Assembly: GCF_001194135.2 (NCBI RefSeq)
Contig: NC_068997.1
Span: forward strand, 21,518,790 to 21,556,119
Direction of reading: 5' to 3'
Length of the DNA: 37,330 nucleotides
Source: Octopus bimaculoides
Taxonomy: Eukaryota
Made by a program: the position numbers and the translations under genes. This document shows positions 1 to 10,614 of the stretch, piece by piece (within the stretch, counting starts at the first letter, position 1; every line of letters starts with the position of its first letter). Below the pieces are notes generated by a model that was given only the letters and a program-made list of their open reading frames with translations, was not told where the DNA came from and ran no database searches.

Positions 1-1635
1 ATGTCTCAAAAAATGTACACATGCACTGAATGATTATAAAGTCAGTGTTTATGAAAATACAGTTGATTTCCAAAATTTAATAAAATGTTATACCAGAATT
101 CATTTTTGTTTGTTTTATGAAACCCTGTTTTCGAACTGATGAACTTTCCGTTCCATGTACTGTTGAACCCCGCCGCATTCCAATTACAATCGTGAAAACC
201 ATCTCCTTCGGTATTTGTGTTCATTTTCGATCAAGTCGTCGGCTGTTTCCGGTTGTTTTTTTTTTTTTTACCGTAAAATCTATCATTTAATTATCCATAT
301 GAAAATATTTGTCAAGGGATGTGAGGTTCATTGAACGCACCGAATATTTTACTGAACTACTTCGCTCAATCCACCTGTTTGGCACACACCCCGCCAACTC
401 AAAAAGAAAACCAAACAGAAACAAAAAGGAACCATCAAGGTAGGCCGCTCAAATGGTTCAGCTTTATCGATGATGCATGACGCTGTTTTTGTCTGAAAAT
501 TTCATTAAGGATTCAAAGGTCTTTGTAAGGATTTGCCTTTCGCTCCTTAATTCAATAATCATGCAGTAAAGTTGATTGAAAAACTTCACCGTCGAAACCG
601 ACGGCAATCCATCCGTGGGTATGTGTATGTGTGAGTAATAACTTCCTGGTTTCCCAAACGTGCACATGGGTACGTGTATACCCGTGTGAGTGCTTGTATA
701 CATATTTAATACGTGTGTATGTTTGGGAATAATAAAAAAAAACAGTTACTGATGATTCGAATGCATTTCGTACGTGCGTTTCATATGGTTACGTAATAAA
801 TTGTTTCACAGATTTCTTAAGTCGTTATATCCTTGTAATGACTGAGGAGTGGTGTCTATGTAACGGTTTATTACGTTACCGCTTTAATCTTACGTATTAA
901 ATGCATTTAAATTATCAGTAATTGCTTCTTTTTTTTTATTATTCTAATATACGACTGATTCTAATGACTATCTATCGTAACCATCAGGCTTTAAATACAG
1001 CCCAAACGGCTAAATATAGAATTCTTATATTTGTAGATTTACTAGTTTAAGCCTACCTTGGGGTTAAGCAACAAACGATTTTCATCTCTTGAAGCTTGCA
1101 GTGTCATATTCAGTTCTCTTCTTAGAATCAGTGTTATCGGTTAGAATCGCAACTAGTTATAATGTAAAACACTGTTGAAACCTTTTGCTTCGAATAAGCG
1201 TCGTAGAATATATGAAAAGTCTGAAAAATATGAGTTTGCAAAATAGTTAAACTTCTTTATTGACATTCGATATTTCATTTTCGATCCTTTGCTGGGAATT
1301 TGGTTAATGAAAATATTCTTAAGTAGCATTACCAATTAAATATTCTGACCTGTGCTACGAACAAATTTTCTTAAGGACTCATATAAGAATTGTCCAAGCA
1401 GCGAAAGGTTAACAATTTATTTGATATCCCAACGTTTCATTAAATGATGTACAAACGATACATTGTGTAATGTTTATTCTCACATTTGTAACATTTTACC
1501 GACTCATTAATTTCTTGAACTATCCTTGAGATTCTTGAAAAAGAGTCCTAACAATCTATTTAAGAATAGCCCAAATAGCATAGCTCGTAAGGCGTTATCC
1601 TAAAGATATACTTAAACATATTCTTCCAAATATCT

Positions 1636-1856
1636 GATAACCTAATGATATTTGTTGTGAAATATGCTAACTTTATTTCAGTTAATTTTGAAATTAATAA
1701 AGAATTTAATAAATTAAATTCATTATCAAACTGGTATGAAGAACAAGAATTAACGCAAGATGTTGATGCATGGTTATAATTACGTTACCTTAAAACATGT
1801 TCTTTGTATCATAGAACCAAAAGACTGTCTCAGGCCGTTGGAATCAAGAGGGTTAA
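1636..1856. mobile_element. Non-autonomous piggyBac-type MITE, right end clear and left end decayed
   Basis: Ends in ...TTGGAATCAAGAGGG|TTAA (1853-1856), i.e. a GGG terminus plus TTAA target site. A degenerate ATAACC left end lies near 1636. The body resembles an octopus MITE I recall; unverified. Confidence 0.4.
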
Positions 1857-1944
1857 GTTTTGTTCTAATGATCAATTAAGTTTAAGCCATTCGTTAAATG
1901 TAGTCTCACTGTTTATTATGTGATGTTCTTACAATCCTATAATA

Positions 1945-2153
1945 CTAGTCATAACAAACCATTAGCTATTGGCCTACCGAGTCATTGATTCCTAAAGACC
2001 CATGAACAGTAGTCATAACGAACCACTAAGTATAGTTATAAAGAAATCATTATCTGTAGTTCTAATGAATCATTTACTATAGTCGAATGGCCCATTAACT
2101 ATAGTTCTACAAAGCTAACTATCCATTTACAGTCGTCACAACAACCCATTAAT
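1945..2153. repeat. Decayed ~23-bp minisatellite (consensus ~RTAGTYMTAAYGAAYCATTAACT)
   Basis: Units read directly: 1945-1967 CTAGTCATAACAAACCATTAGCT, 2009-2031 GTAGTCATAACGAACCACTAAGT, 2056-2078 GTAGTTCTAATGAATCATTTACT, plus 2032-2055, 2079-2100 and 2101-2120. Confidence 0.65.
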
Positions 2154-2689
2154 ATCTTCTAGGTAACATATATTGCTGATTAGTAAGAAATTTATTTCAG
2201 AAATAACAGCCTTCAGGAAACAAACATGTTTGTTTTTTACTTTTATTTTCTTCAAAATTAAATTTTAAATCCAGTTGTAATTATTTCATTACATCAGAAA
2301 TGTGATAGCACATACAACATAATTAAATTTACGTTTCTCTTATTCCCATGAAATAATTTATGTTATTGAGCAAAAACAACAAAATCGACAACATATCTTT
2401 ACTTCATGTTTATATTTTGTTATATTTTCTTCATTCTTTATGTCTCAATTCATCAGATTATATAACTAACGATATCGCATTCATAGTTAATAGCATCTAG
2501 ATTGTCAGATTTTGATAGTAGTTTTATTAGTGATTGTAAATATTTCCAGCTTTGTGTATATTTGAAAACCTACAGGGAATACTGGTCATTGCATAATATA
2601 TATCATCTTGATCTGCAGTAGTTGCTTGAATTACAGCAGTGTATGCATGGCTCAAAACTCGACACAATTATCAGGTTTCTGCTTGGAAA

Positions 2690-2920
2690 CCTTAAGGCCG
2701 GAGCTTAATTCGGTTTCCATAGCACACATGTGAGTGAGATTACAACAGTCTCCGCTAAGCAGGATGCCGGTTCGCTGCACAATGAACACCGTTCTACTGC
2801 TAGAAGAAAGTGAAATGAAAATGTGTTACTCAAGATCAAAACGCATCACTCAACTCTGGATTGATACCATGATCTTCTGATGACGAATGTAAAACCTTAA
2901 CTACAAGGCCAGGTGCCTTC
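2690..2920 (-). mobile_element. tRNA-derived SINE, family D, degraded
   Basis: Minus-strand head GAAGGCACCTGGCCTTGTAGTTA matches the plus-strand head at 17157 (GAAGGCGCTTGGCCTGGTAGTTA). The body shares ATTTCAC with 33641. Confidence 0.55.
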
Positions 2921-3139
2921 AATGACAGAATTATTACCAGAATCTCATTGTCGTCTTCGTCCAGAGAACGGCCTCTAACTGGTCATTTAACCACCTATAA
3001 ATAGCAACTAAATTTCACTCCTATCACATTCTGCTTATATAATGACAGGGCACCTTAGGTAATATGGACCTATATACGTTTAAGCATACTAGATGGGTTT
3101 GACTGGAGTGATTTCGATCGTTGGTCATTTATCGATGGA

Positions 3140-3226
3140 TTACGTTTGAGCTCGAACAGAAGAAGCTTCTACAGCAAGGTTGTGACCATGTATCTCCATC
3201 TATACGCGCAAGCGTGCACAAAGTTT

Positions 3227-3265
<39 letters not shown>

Positions 3266-3591
3266 AAGAATGGCAATTGCTCATGTATGCTAGTTCCTGC
3301 AATTGATGTTCTCCTTGCAACTGTTGTCTTCTTTGCAACTGTAATTCTCCTTACGACTGTTATTCTCCGGGGGAAAGACAGTGACGTTAGAGTCGATATA
3401 TCATGGCGCCAGTGAGTCGGAGGCGTTTCTTTCAGAATGCACAGGGTTAGAACAAATGCCACTAGGCATCACAAAGCCTCGATTCGACATCATAACAGTT
3501 CTATAAACACTCCTCCCTTCATTGGTATCAAACATTATTAGCATAAGAGTACAACAGAATAACAGAAAGCTGGCTTATAATACATTTGCAT
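3140..3591 (-). pseudogene. Candidate decayed secreted cytokine gene, IL-17-like motif order
   Basis: Reconstruction: MYYKPAF(fs)LLFCCTLMLIMFDTNEG-RSV...SGICSNP...DSLAP[TGA]YIDSNVTVFPP/FPRRIT...C-x5-C-x5-C...SIHEQLPFF-(TA)n-GNFVHACAYRWRYMVTT(fs)LAVEASSVRAQT*. It has a signal-peptide-like start, and the TGA sits where IL-17 has the conserved PW Trp. Several frameshifts are required. Confidence 0.4.
3299..3370. repeat. 4 x 18-bp imperfect tandem repeat
   Basis: GCAATTGATGTTCTCCTT / GCAACTGTTGTCTTCTTT / GCAACTGTAATTCTCCTT / ACGACTGTTATTCTCCGG. Confidence 0.9.
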
Positions 3592-4481
3592 CGAATGAAG
3601 GTGTCTCCGCTCACCTTCACTGGTGATAAATGTTTGAACGGTCTCATCTGTCGAAAAATAGTTTTGGCTATAAATTCATTTCCATTAGATAGAATTCTTT
3701 GACAAGTAGATAATAGCGTCAACTGAATATTGAAGAACAAGAATTATATTTCGTTTAGAGTTCAAATCCTTCCAAGGTCTACATTTACCTTCTGAGGTCG
3801 ATGAAATAAGTACTAGAGTTAATGAACAATAACTTGGAAGGCGTTGCTTTTTTTTTTTTGTACTCAGGTTAGCATTTGAAACCATTGGAAGCCTATAAAT
3901 TTCGATTTTAAATTCCAGCATTTCTTCACATTGTTTATTTAACCCCAACTACCAAAAGTATTATTCAGAATTGTATGTTCACACATCTAGTGAACGCATG
4001 AATACGGATTTCCATTGCAAGTTTTGAAGATAATTAACGAGTAGTAAAGTAATAATTATGAAAACTGCCGAATCTGATCGGGAGAATATCAAATGCTAAT
4101 CTATACACAAGAAACAGAAAATATACTCTCCCCCTCTCTCTCTTTCTCTCACGCACACACACATAAATATTCTTTCTCTCTCTTTCCTCTCTCTCTGTAT
4201 CTCTTTCTCTGTTTACTCTATCACTGTGTCTTTTCTTTTCTCTTTCTCTAATGAATGCCTCTTTGTAGAGGCACACAATTCAATTACGTTCCCATCTACG
4301 TATTCTGAGCACGAATATCACACACGTGCAAGCGCTTACACAAACTTTCGTGTACGTACATCTAATTTTGTTATAGTTTCTATCTCTCTTCCTATTTTTC
4401 TTACTCACTTTAACCCCACCCCTCACCCTTAACTATTCATGCACATTCATTTTTCTTCTCTCCACTCCACACCTCATTTCC

Positions 4482-4534
<53 letters not shown>

Positions 4535-5746
4535 ACACACAGGCACACGCACACATAATTTCTGTTATACTCCCTTTTTTTCTAGTCTACTCTCGCTCCC
4601 AACTCTATTTATCTCTGCCTCTCAATTTTTTAATACTTTCTTCTTTCTTGTCACTCCTTTATCACATGTCTCTCTTCCTCCACGCTCTTCTCTCTGATAT
4701 TATCCCAACTAATATTTTACCATATTATTTCAATAGTATTGTATTTTATGTCATTCTGATCAGTTCTATATACACTCATTTTTTTAGAACCTATTTAATG
4801 TAGTCAATCTTTTCATTACAAACATCCTCACTCTGTGTACATAATTTACACAGCTTTTGCTATAAATTTTCGCCTGCGTCAATTCATCAAAGCTATACAT
4901 TTCATTCATCCAACACGGGAAATCGACGAAAGACTATCTCGTTTCCGAATGATTCAAGGCAGAGAAGCTCATTACAGTGTATTATCTTACATCTAAATTT
5001 TGTGACTAGTTATGAGAATCCTCTGAGAATACTAAACATTTCTGAAATATTTCAGCAAAAATACTGTTGCTTTGTCAGGCAATATAATTCATGGGACATA
5101 GTTTCGTGCCCTCCATTTTCTCAAGATGCTGAGTTCAAATCATGCAGTGGCCCCCTTAGCGTTACATAACTGGTGAATCAATGGATAATACCCCACTCAT
5201 GTACTCGAATCATTTCAGTGTCTTACACTGACAAGAGTATATACACTTAGCATCCTACTTCTTAGAAGTATCAGTAATAGAAAAATCAACGGGTTTAATC
5301 GACAATTCAATGTGTATGTAGCTAACTGATATAACAAGAATATTTCTGTTTGTAGTAAAATTGCACCGAGACACAAATAGAACAAATACCTTTATACTGA
5401 TAAAGTTAAGATCAGCTACCTCTGCCTAGATAAAGACTTCTTTTATGAAATTACTCACTACAAACAAAATTAAATATTTCAATCCAACACCCAGCTTATA
5501 TGGAGATGTGGTGGTGAATGGAATGCGTAAATTAAAAAAAAAATGTTAGCACACGTTTTTCCTCCGTTACTTAGCCCATCTGTAACACTTTCGTGTGATT
5601 AATTGAAGTGAAAGGCGAAGACCGAAAGTAGTAAAAAGTGAGAGAGAAAGAGGGAGAGTGCTGTGTATTAAATCTATACAATTATGCATAAAGTATATAA
5701 AGTGAAAATATAAAGTGCATTAAGTAGTCATCGTATTCCAATTTTC

Positions 5747-5791
<45 letters not shown>

Positions 5792-5801
5792 GTATATATA
5801 T

Positions 5802-5961
5802 ACGATGGGCTTCTTTTCAGTTTCCGTCTGCCAAATCCACTCACAAGGCTTTGGTCGGCCCGAGGCTATAGTAGGAGACACTTGCCCAAGGTGCCACGCA
5901 GTGGGACTGAACCCGGAACCATGTGGCTGGTAAGAAAGCTACTTACGACACAGCCACTCCT
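5802..5961 (-). mobile_element. tRNA-derived SINE, family C, well-preserved 5' part
   Basis: Minus strand has an A-box-like TGGCTGTGTCGT and a B-box-like GGGTTCAGTCCC, then CCTTGGGCAAGTGTCT...GGAAACTGAAAAGAAGCCCATCGT, running into (TA)/(TG)n. Homologous copies lie at 18975, 20425, 28115 and 32130. Confidence 0.85.
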
Positions 5962-6184
5962 ATACATAATCAAAAAATCTGAAATAAGGCATTAACTAAA
6001 CCGCTTATTTGACATACGCCTGCACACATACTCACGTAGAAACACATAACCAAAATCTCACACACACACACACACACGCAGAACGCACAGCCACGAATAT
6101 TAACTCATAGACACACACGTTCATACACTCACGCTCACTCTCACACGCTCACGTATACCTTCACATGCTCACACACACCGTCAC

Positions 6185-6296
6185 ACATCCACACTGACAC
6201 AACCACGCCAAGACAACCACACTGGCACATGTACATTGACACATCCACACTGAGACATCCACACTGAGTCATCCACACTGACACATGCGCACTAAG
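6185..6296. repeat. 8 x 14-bp minisatellite (ACATCCACACTGAS) within CA-rich DNA
   Basis: Exact 14-bp phase: ACATCCACACTGAC, ACAACCACGCCAAG, ACAACCACACTGGC, ACATGTACATTGAC, ACATCCACACTGAG x2, TCATCCACACTGAC, ACATGCGCACTAAG. Confidence 0.9.
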
Positions 6297-6488
6297 ACAC
6301 TCACACATGCACATCCACATTCACACACACGCACGTACACTCACACTCGCACATTCACACTCACACACTTGCACATCCACATCGCACAATCGCACATCCA
6401 CACTCACTCGCTCTCGCATACATATAGACTCACACATAAGATCACTGTAAGCTTACTTCTCTTTCTCTCTCTCCCACACACACTCGTC

Positions 6489-6525
<37 letters not shown>

Positions 6526-6892
6526 ACACACACACGAACGCATTGCCATATATGTACGTTCATCCTTCTATCAGCTGCTCAATCGCTGACATTATATTCT
6601 TATCCAAATTTTTCAATGGATTATGTGCCCTTATGTACAGCGCTCTCTCCCTTAGGAAGTTCATAAACTACAATGTCATTCTCGACGGCTTAAGCTCTCT
6701 TTTAGTCGTTATCTAACAGTTCTATATTGATCCAGTGTAATAAATTATAGGCGCGTCTTCCCCTACGGATAACGACATTTTTTTTGTTTGTTTTCATTAC
6801 TGATTTTGATGTTGTTTCAATCATTATTATTAATTTTATCTCTCACTCTTTAAGGAAATTGTGCTTAATGAAGAAACCATCATTATTATTAT

Positions 6893-7625
6893 GGAGGCGA
6901 GGTGGCACAATTGTTAGCATGCCGACAAAATGCTTAGTGATATTTCACCCGTCCTTACGTCGTTACGGTCTGAGTCCAAATTCTGCTGAGGTCGACTTTA
7001 TCTTTCATCCTTTCGGGGGTCGATAAATTTATTCGACTTACCCCCTACCACCAAATTCTAGGCCTTGTATTTACAGTAGAAAGAATTATTATGGCGCCGA
7101 GCGGGCACAATCGTTAGCATACCGAGCAAAACACTTAGTGGTATTTCGCAAGTCTTTACGTTGTTACGTTGTGAGATCAAATTCCAACGAGGTCGCCTTT
7201 GACTTTCATCATTTCGGGGTCGATAAATTAAGTACCAGTTAAACACTGGGGTCGATGTAAGCAACTAGTCCCCTTCCCCAAAATTTCAGGCCTTGTGCCT
7301 TTAGTAGAAAGTATTATTATTATTATTATTATTACTATTATTATTATTATTATTATCATTAAGGCGGGGAGCTGGCAGAATCATTAGCATGCTGGGCGAA
7401 ATGCTTGGCGGTATTTCGTCTGCCTCTACCTTCTGAGTTCAATTTCCACCGAGGTCAACTTTGCCTTTCATCCTTTTGCGGTCAATAGATTAATTACCAG
7501 TAAAACACTGGGGTCACAAATTTGATGGCTTGTGCCTCCAATAGAAAGGATTATTATTATTATTGTTATTATTATTATTATTATTGCGGCGAACTGGCAG
7601 AACTGTCAGCGCACTCGACAAAATG
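6893..7625 (+). mobile_element. Head-to-tail train of four family-A SINEs (6893-7092, 7093-7360, 7363-7585, 7586-7625 truncated)
   Basis: Each starts GGCGGCGAGCTGGCAGAATCGTTAGC-like. The three long copies carry a B-box-like GAGTTCAAATTCC, a core GTCGACTTTGCCTTTCATCCTTTCGGGGTCGATAAA and a (TTA)n tail. Confidence 0.9.
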
Positions 7626-8560
7626 CACACACACTTACACGCACATGTATTTATGTATATATATATATATGTGTGTGTGTCAATGAACATGGGACAACAT
7701 ATATGTAAACCGACGCATATAGAATACTTTGTATATATATAGCCACACATACATTTAGGAAACACAGAAGCATAGGCAATCTCATTCAGAATCTCTGTTT
7801 GTATGTGATCATTCATTTATATTTTATAAAATATATTTTATTGTTTTGTTTGTTGTTCGTGATTAACCCATGTATCAGGCTTTATGCAACAAACAGATTA
7901 TCAAGAGCTTTCGAACCATGATCTTACAAGCATTACTTTTTTTTTTTTACGTGCGCCATGTTTCCTTGTAAACTGGTCTGATTTGGGAGCGAGTAATTTG
8001 AATCAAATTTTGTTGCTATTTCTAGCATGTGCCTGTCCAGGTCTACGTGCCGTCGCTGCTTTCTTTCTTCACACAGATTTATACAGAGAAATGTAATTTA
8101 AAACGAAAAATACCCCATTAATTTTTCTTCTTTTTCTTTTTTACTTTTTTTTATTACCTAAATTATTTACAGAATTATAGCTTTCTTTTCGTAAAGACCT
8201 ATATATAAAGAAAACCATGACTTAAAAATAAAATTTTAAATAACACAAACTACACAACAAAACACAATGAAGTACCCTAAATATAACTATTACAAGAAAA
8301 TAATTTATGAAACACCACCTCAATGATTTGTCCGGTTATGGCGTCATACGCCAACGTAGCAGAGTGAAATAAACGGCTCGTGTCAACCGGACAATGTTGT
8401 TAGACGGATGCGATAGACGTTCTCTAAATAATTGATGTTATCAGCGATCAGTGGCAGATCTTCGGCGAAGCAAGGCGATGGTTGGTTTAATGGACTGGTA
8501 AATAACTCGCTCACAATATCCTGGTAGATTGAGCTGGATGGATCGTGATCGTTGGTGGCT

Positions 8561-8650
<90 letters not shown>

Positions 8651-9171
8651 TTTCTCTCTTGCCATCCATCCCTTTATTTTTCACCCTCATCTCTCTGTGT
8701 ATGTTTGGTTGCCTGTCAGGTTGACGTTGTGAATGTATGTCTGATGACCAGAAAGAACTGAGTCGATGGAAGGATTGAATACAAGAATGATATGACCGGA
8801 ACGACGGATATTTGTGTAAATAATAAACAAAAAGGGCGGGAAAGACTAAAGAAAGACGAAAATTAGAAGACACGTCAAAGTTAACGATGGTGACAATAGA
8901 AGAGGAAAATGAAGTGAACTTTGGGCTATTTTCCTGTGTCTGTTTTCTATGTCTCTCTTTCTAATACGTGTGTATACACACAAATGCATATTTTTGGAAA
9001 CTACACCATTACGCCGGGTTTCATGTTTCCGACCTCCTGACGGTAAAGAATTATCGAAAAAGTGTGACTATAATGCATTCTATATATAGGAAAAATAAAT
9101 GTAAACTAGAAATTCAGAAGAAACAGATTTAAATTTGATACTGAATTTTAACTGGATATGGAGACGAAATG

Positions 9172-9345
9172 TTATTACCTCCGCCAAGGAAGGAGGTTAT
9201 ATTTTCATTGGCGTTGGTTTATCCGTCTCTCTGTCTGTGTGCAAAATAACTCAAAACGTTGTGAACAGTATTTTATGAAACTTGCAGGAAAAGTTGGTAA
9301 TGACACAAGAAAGAGATGATGAAATTTTGGTAGTGATCCGGGAAT
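9172..9345 (+). mobile_element. Helentron-associated (DINE-1/HINE-like) non-autonomous element, 5' fragment
   Basis: Starts TTATTACCTCCGCCAAGGAAGGAGGTTAT with a sub-terminal inverted repeat ACCTCC/GGAGGT (9177-9197). Then a short TCTG-type tract and ...ATGAAACTTG...AAATTTTGGTAGTGATCCGG, a layout I recall for HINE/DINE-1 elements. No 3' end found. Confidence 0.5.
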
Positions 9346-9647
9346 TTTATAGATTCTTGAAGGATTTTTCATTTGTTATATTTTACTTTACATGAAGTAT
9401 TACAATGTTACGTTCTTTGATTATATCCCTTGAAAACACATCGTTTCCACGTGTGCTTGTGTGCGTGCTGGATATGTGTAAATGTGCGTGTATATACGTG
9501 TGAAAATTAATACTAGCTTTATTTGCTTCGAGATTCATCTTTCCAAATGATGCGTGTATGTATCTATCTCGCTCTTTTAGTTTGCATCCATATTAGTGGG
9601 AGAGTATAGTTCTGCCATTACTTGTGTGTGTATGTGTGTGTGTGTGT

Positions 9648-9849
9648 NNNNNNNNNNNNNNNNNNNNNNNNNNNNNNNNNNNNNNNNNNNNNNNNNNNNN
9701 NNNNNNNNNNNNNNNNNNNNNNNNNNNNNNNNNNNNNNNNNNNNNNNNNNNNNNNNNNNNNNNNNNNNNNNNNNNNNNNNNNNNNNNNNNNNNNNNNNNN
9801 NNNNNNNNNNNNNNNNNNNNNNNNNNNNNNNNNNNNNNNNNNNNNNNNN
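9648..9849. other. Assembly gap, first of ten: also 11427-11799, 13807-14032, 14463-14472, 16285-16355, 18042-18091, 23722-23927, 32447-32502, 33367-33447, 35908-36126
   Basis: N runs. Eight of the ten abut a (CA/GT), (TA), (GA) or C-run simple repeat, as expected for short-read scaffolding. Confidence 0.98.
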
Positions 9850-10397
9850 CACACATACGCATTACGCACGCACACACACACACACACACACGCAACCTCC
9901 CACCACCATACACACACACAACACGTACGCTCGCACACTCAGTCACTCGCACAAATACGCCCCGAAACAAGTCAAAATGTCTTACACAAAAGAAAGATCT
10001 CTGTAAATACACACAGTGCTTAACACAAATACACACATCACTTAAATACGTGTGTATTTTTTATGCATATTTGCAAATAATACACTTTATTTAAATGTAA
10101 ATGTCACACATTTGTTTGTACGATCACACACTGTATGCACATAAGTATAAATTATATACATTCAAAAACTAAACAGAAAATGCAGAATAAAATTATGAAC
10201 ATTATTTTATTTGATATATAAAACGATAAAAGATCTACTTCAACAAGTCTCGTCTAACCCATGCTAGCAAGATTTAGACGTAATTCGTTAGAATGTTGGA
10301 CAAGTTTTAACCTAATAAATAGATACATTAGATATTTATAATTGATCCATTAGTTATTTTGAATCATTTTTGGGAATATTACATATTCTCACTATAA

Positions 10398-10614
10398 CCA
10401 TTTCTACTACATATAGGCGAAAGACCTGAAATTTTGGGAGATGAAGTTTAGTCGAATATATCGCTCCCAGAATTCGACTGGCACTTAATTCATCGACTCC
10501 AAAAGGATAAGTTAAGTCTGTCACAGCAGAATTCGAACTCAAAATGTCAAGTCGGAAGATTTTCTGCTTAGAATTTTGTCCGGTGTGATAACGATTCTGC
10601 CAGTTCGTCACCTT
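10398..10614 (-). mobile_element. Family-A SINE, near full length
   Basis: Reverse complement reads AAGGTGACGAACTGGCAGAATCGTTA...GAGTTCGAATTCTGC...ATCCTTTTGGAGTCGATGAATTAAGTGCCAGT...AAATTTCAGGTC. Confidence 0.8.

Noticed and set aside
42-224. Minus ORF MNTNTEGDGFHDCNWNAAGF... with an AAAATG start
   Set aside because: No recognisable homology, only weak donor sites, and it degrades into low-complexity sequence. Kept only as part of the weak 5' region finding.
3287-3411. Plus-strand single-TM exon MLVPAIDVLLATVVFFATVILLTTVILRG...WR ending at CCA|GTGAGT
   Set aside because: The hydrophobicity comes from the antisense reading of the 18-bp repeat, and the minus-strand reconstruction explains more of the region. 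Not fully excluded.
5802-7625. tRNA-like A and B boxes
   Set aside because: These are SINE heads without a complete cloverleaf. No true tRNA, rRNA or snRNA gene was recognised in the window.
6893-7625. Repeat-spacer-like periodicity (CRISPR-like appearance)
   Set aside because: Eukaryotic SINE train with ~200-bp diverged units; no constant short repeat with unique spacers and no cas genes.
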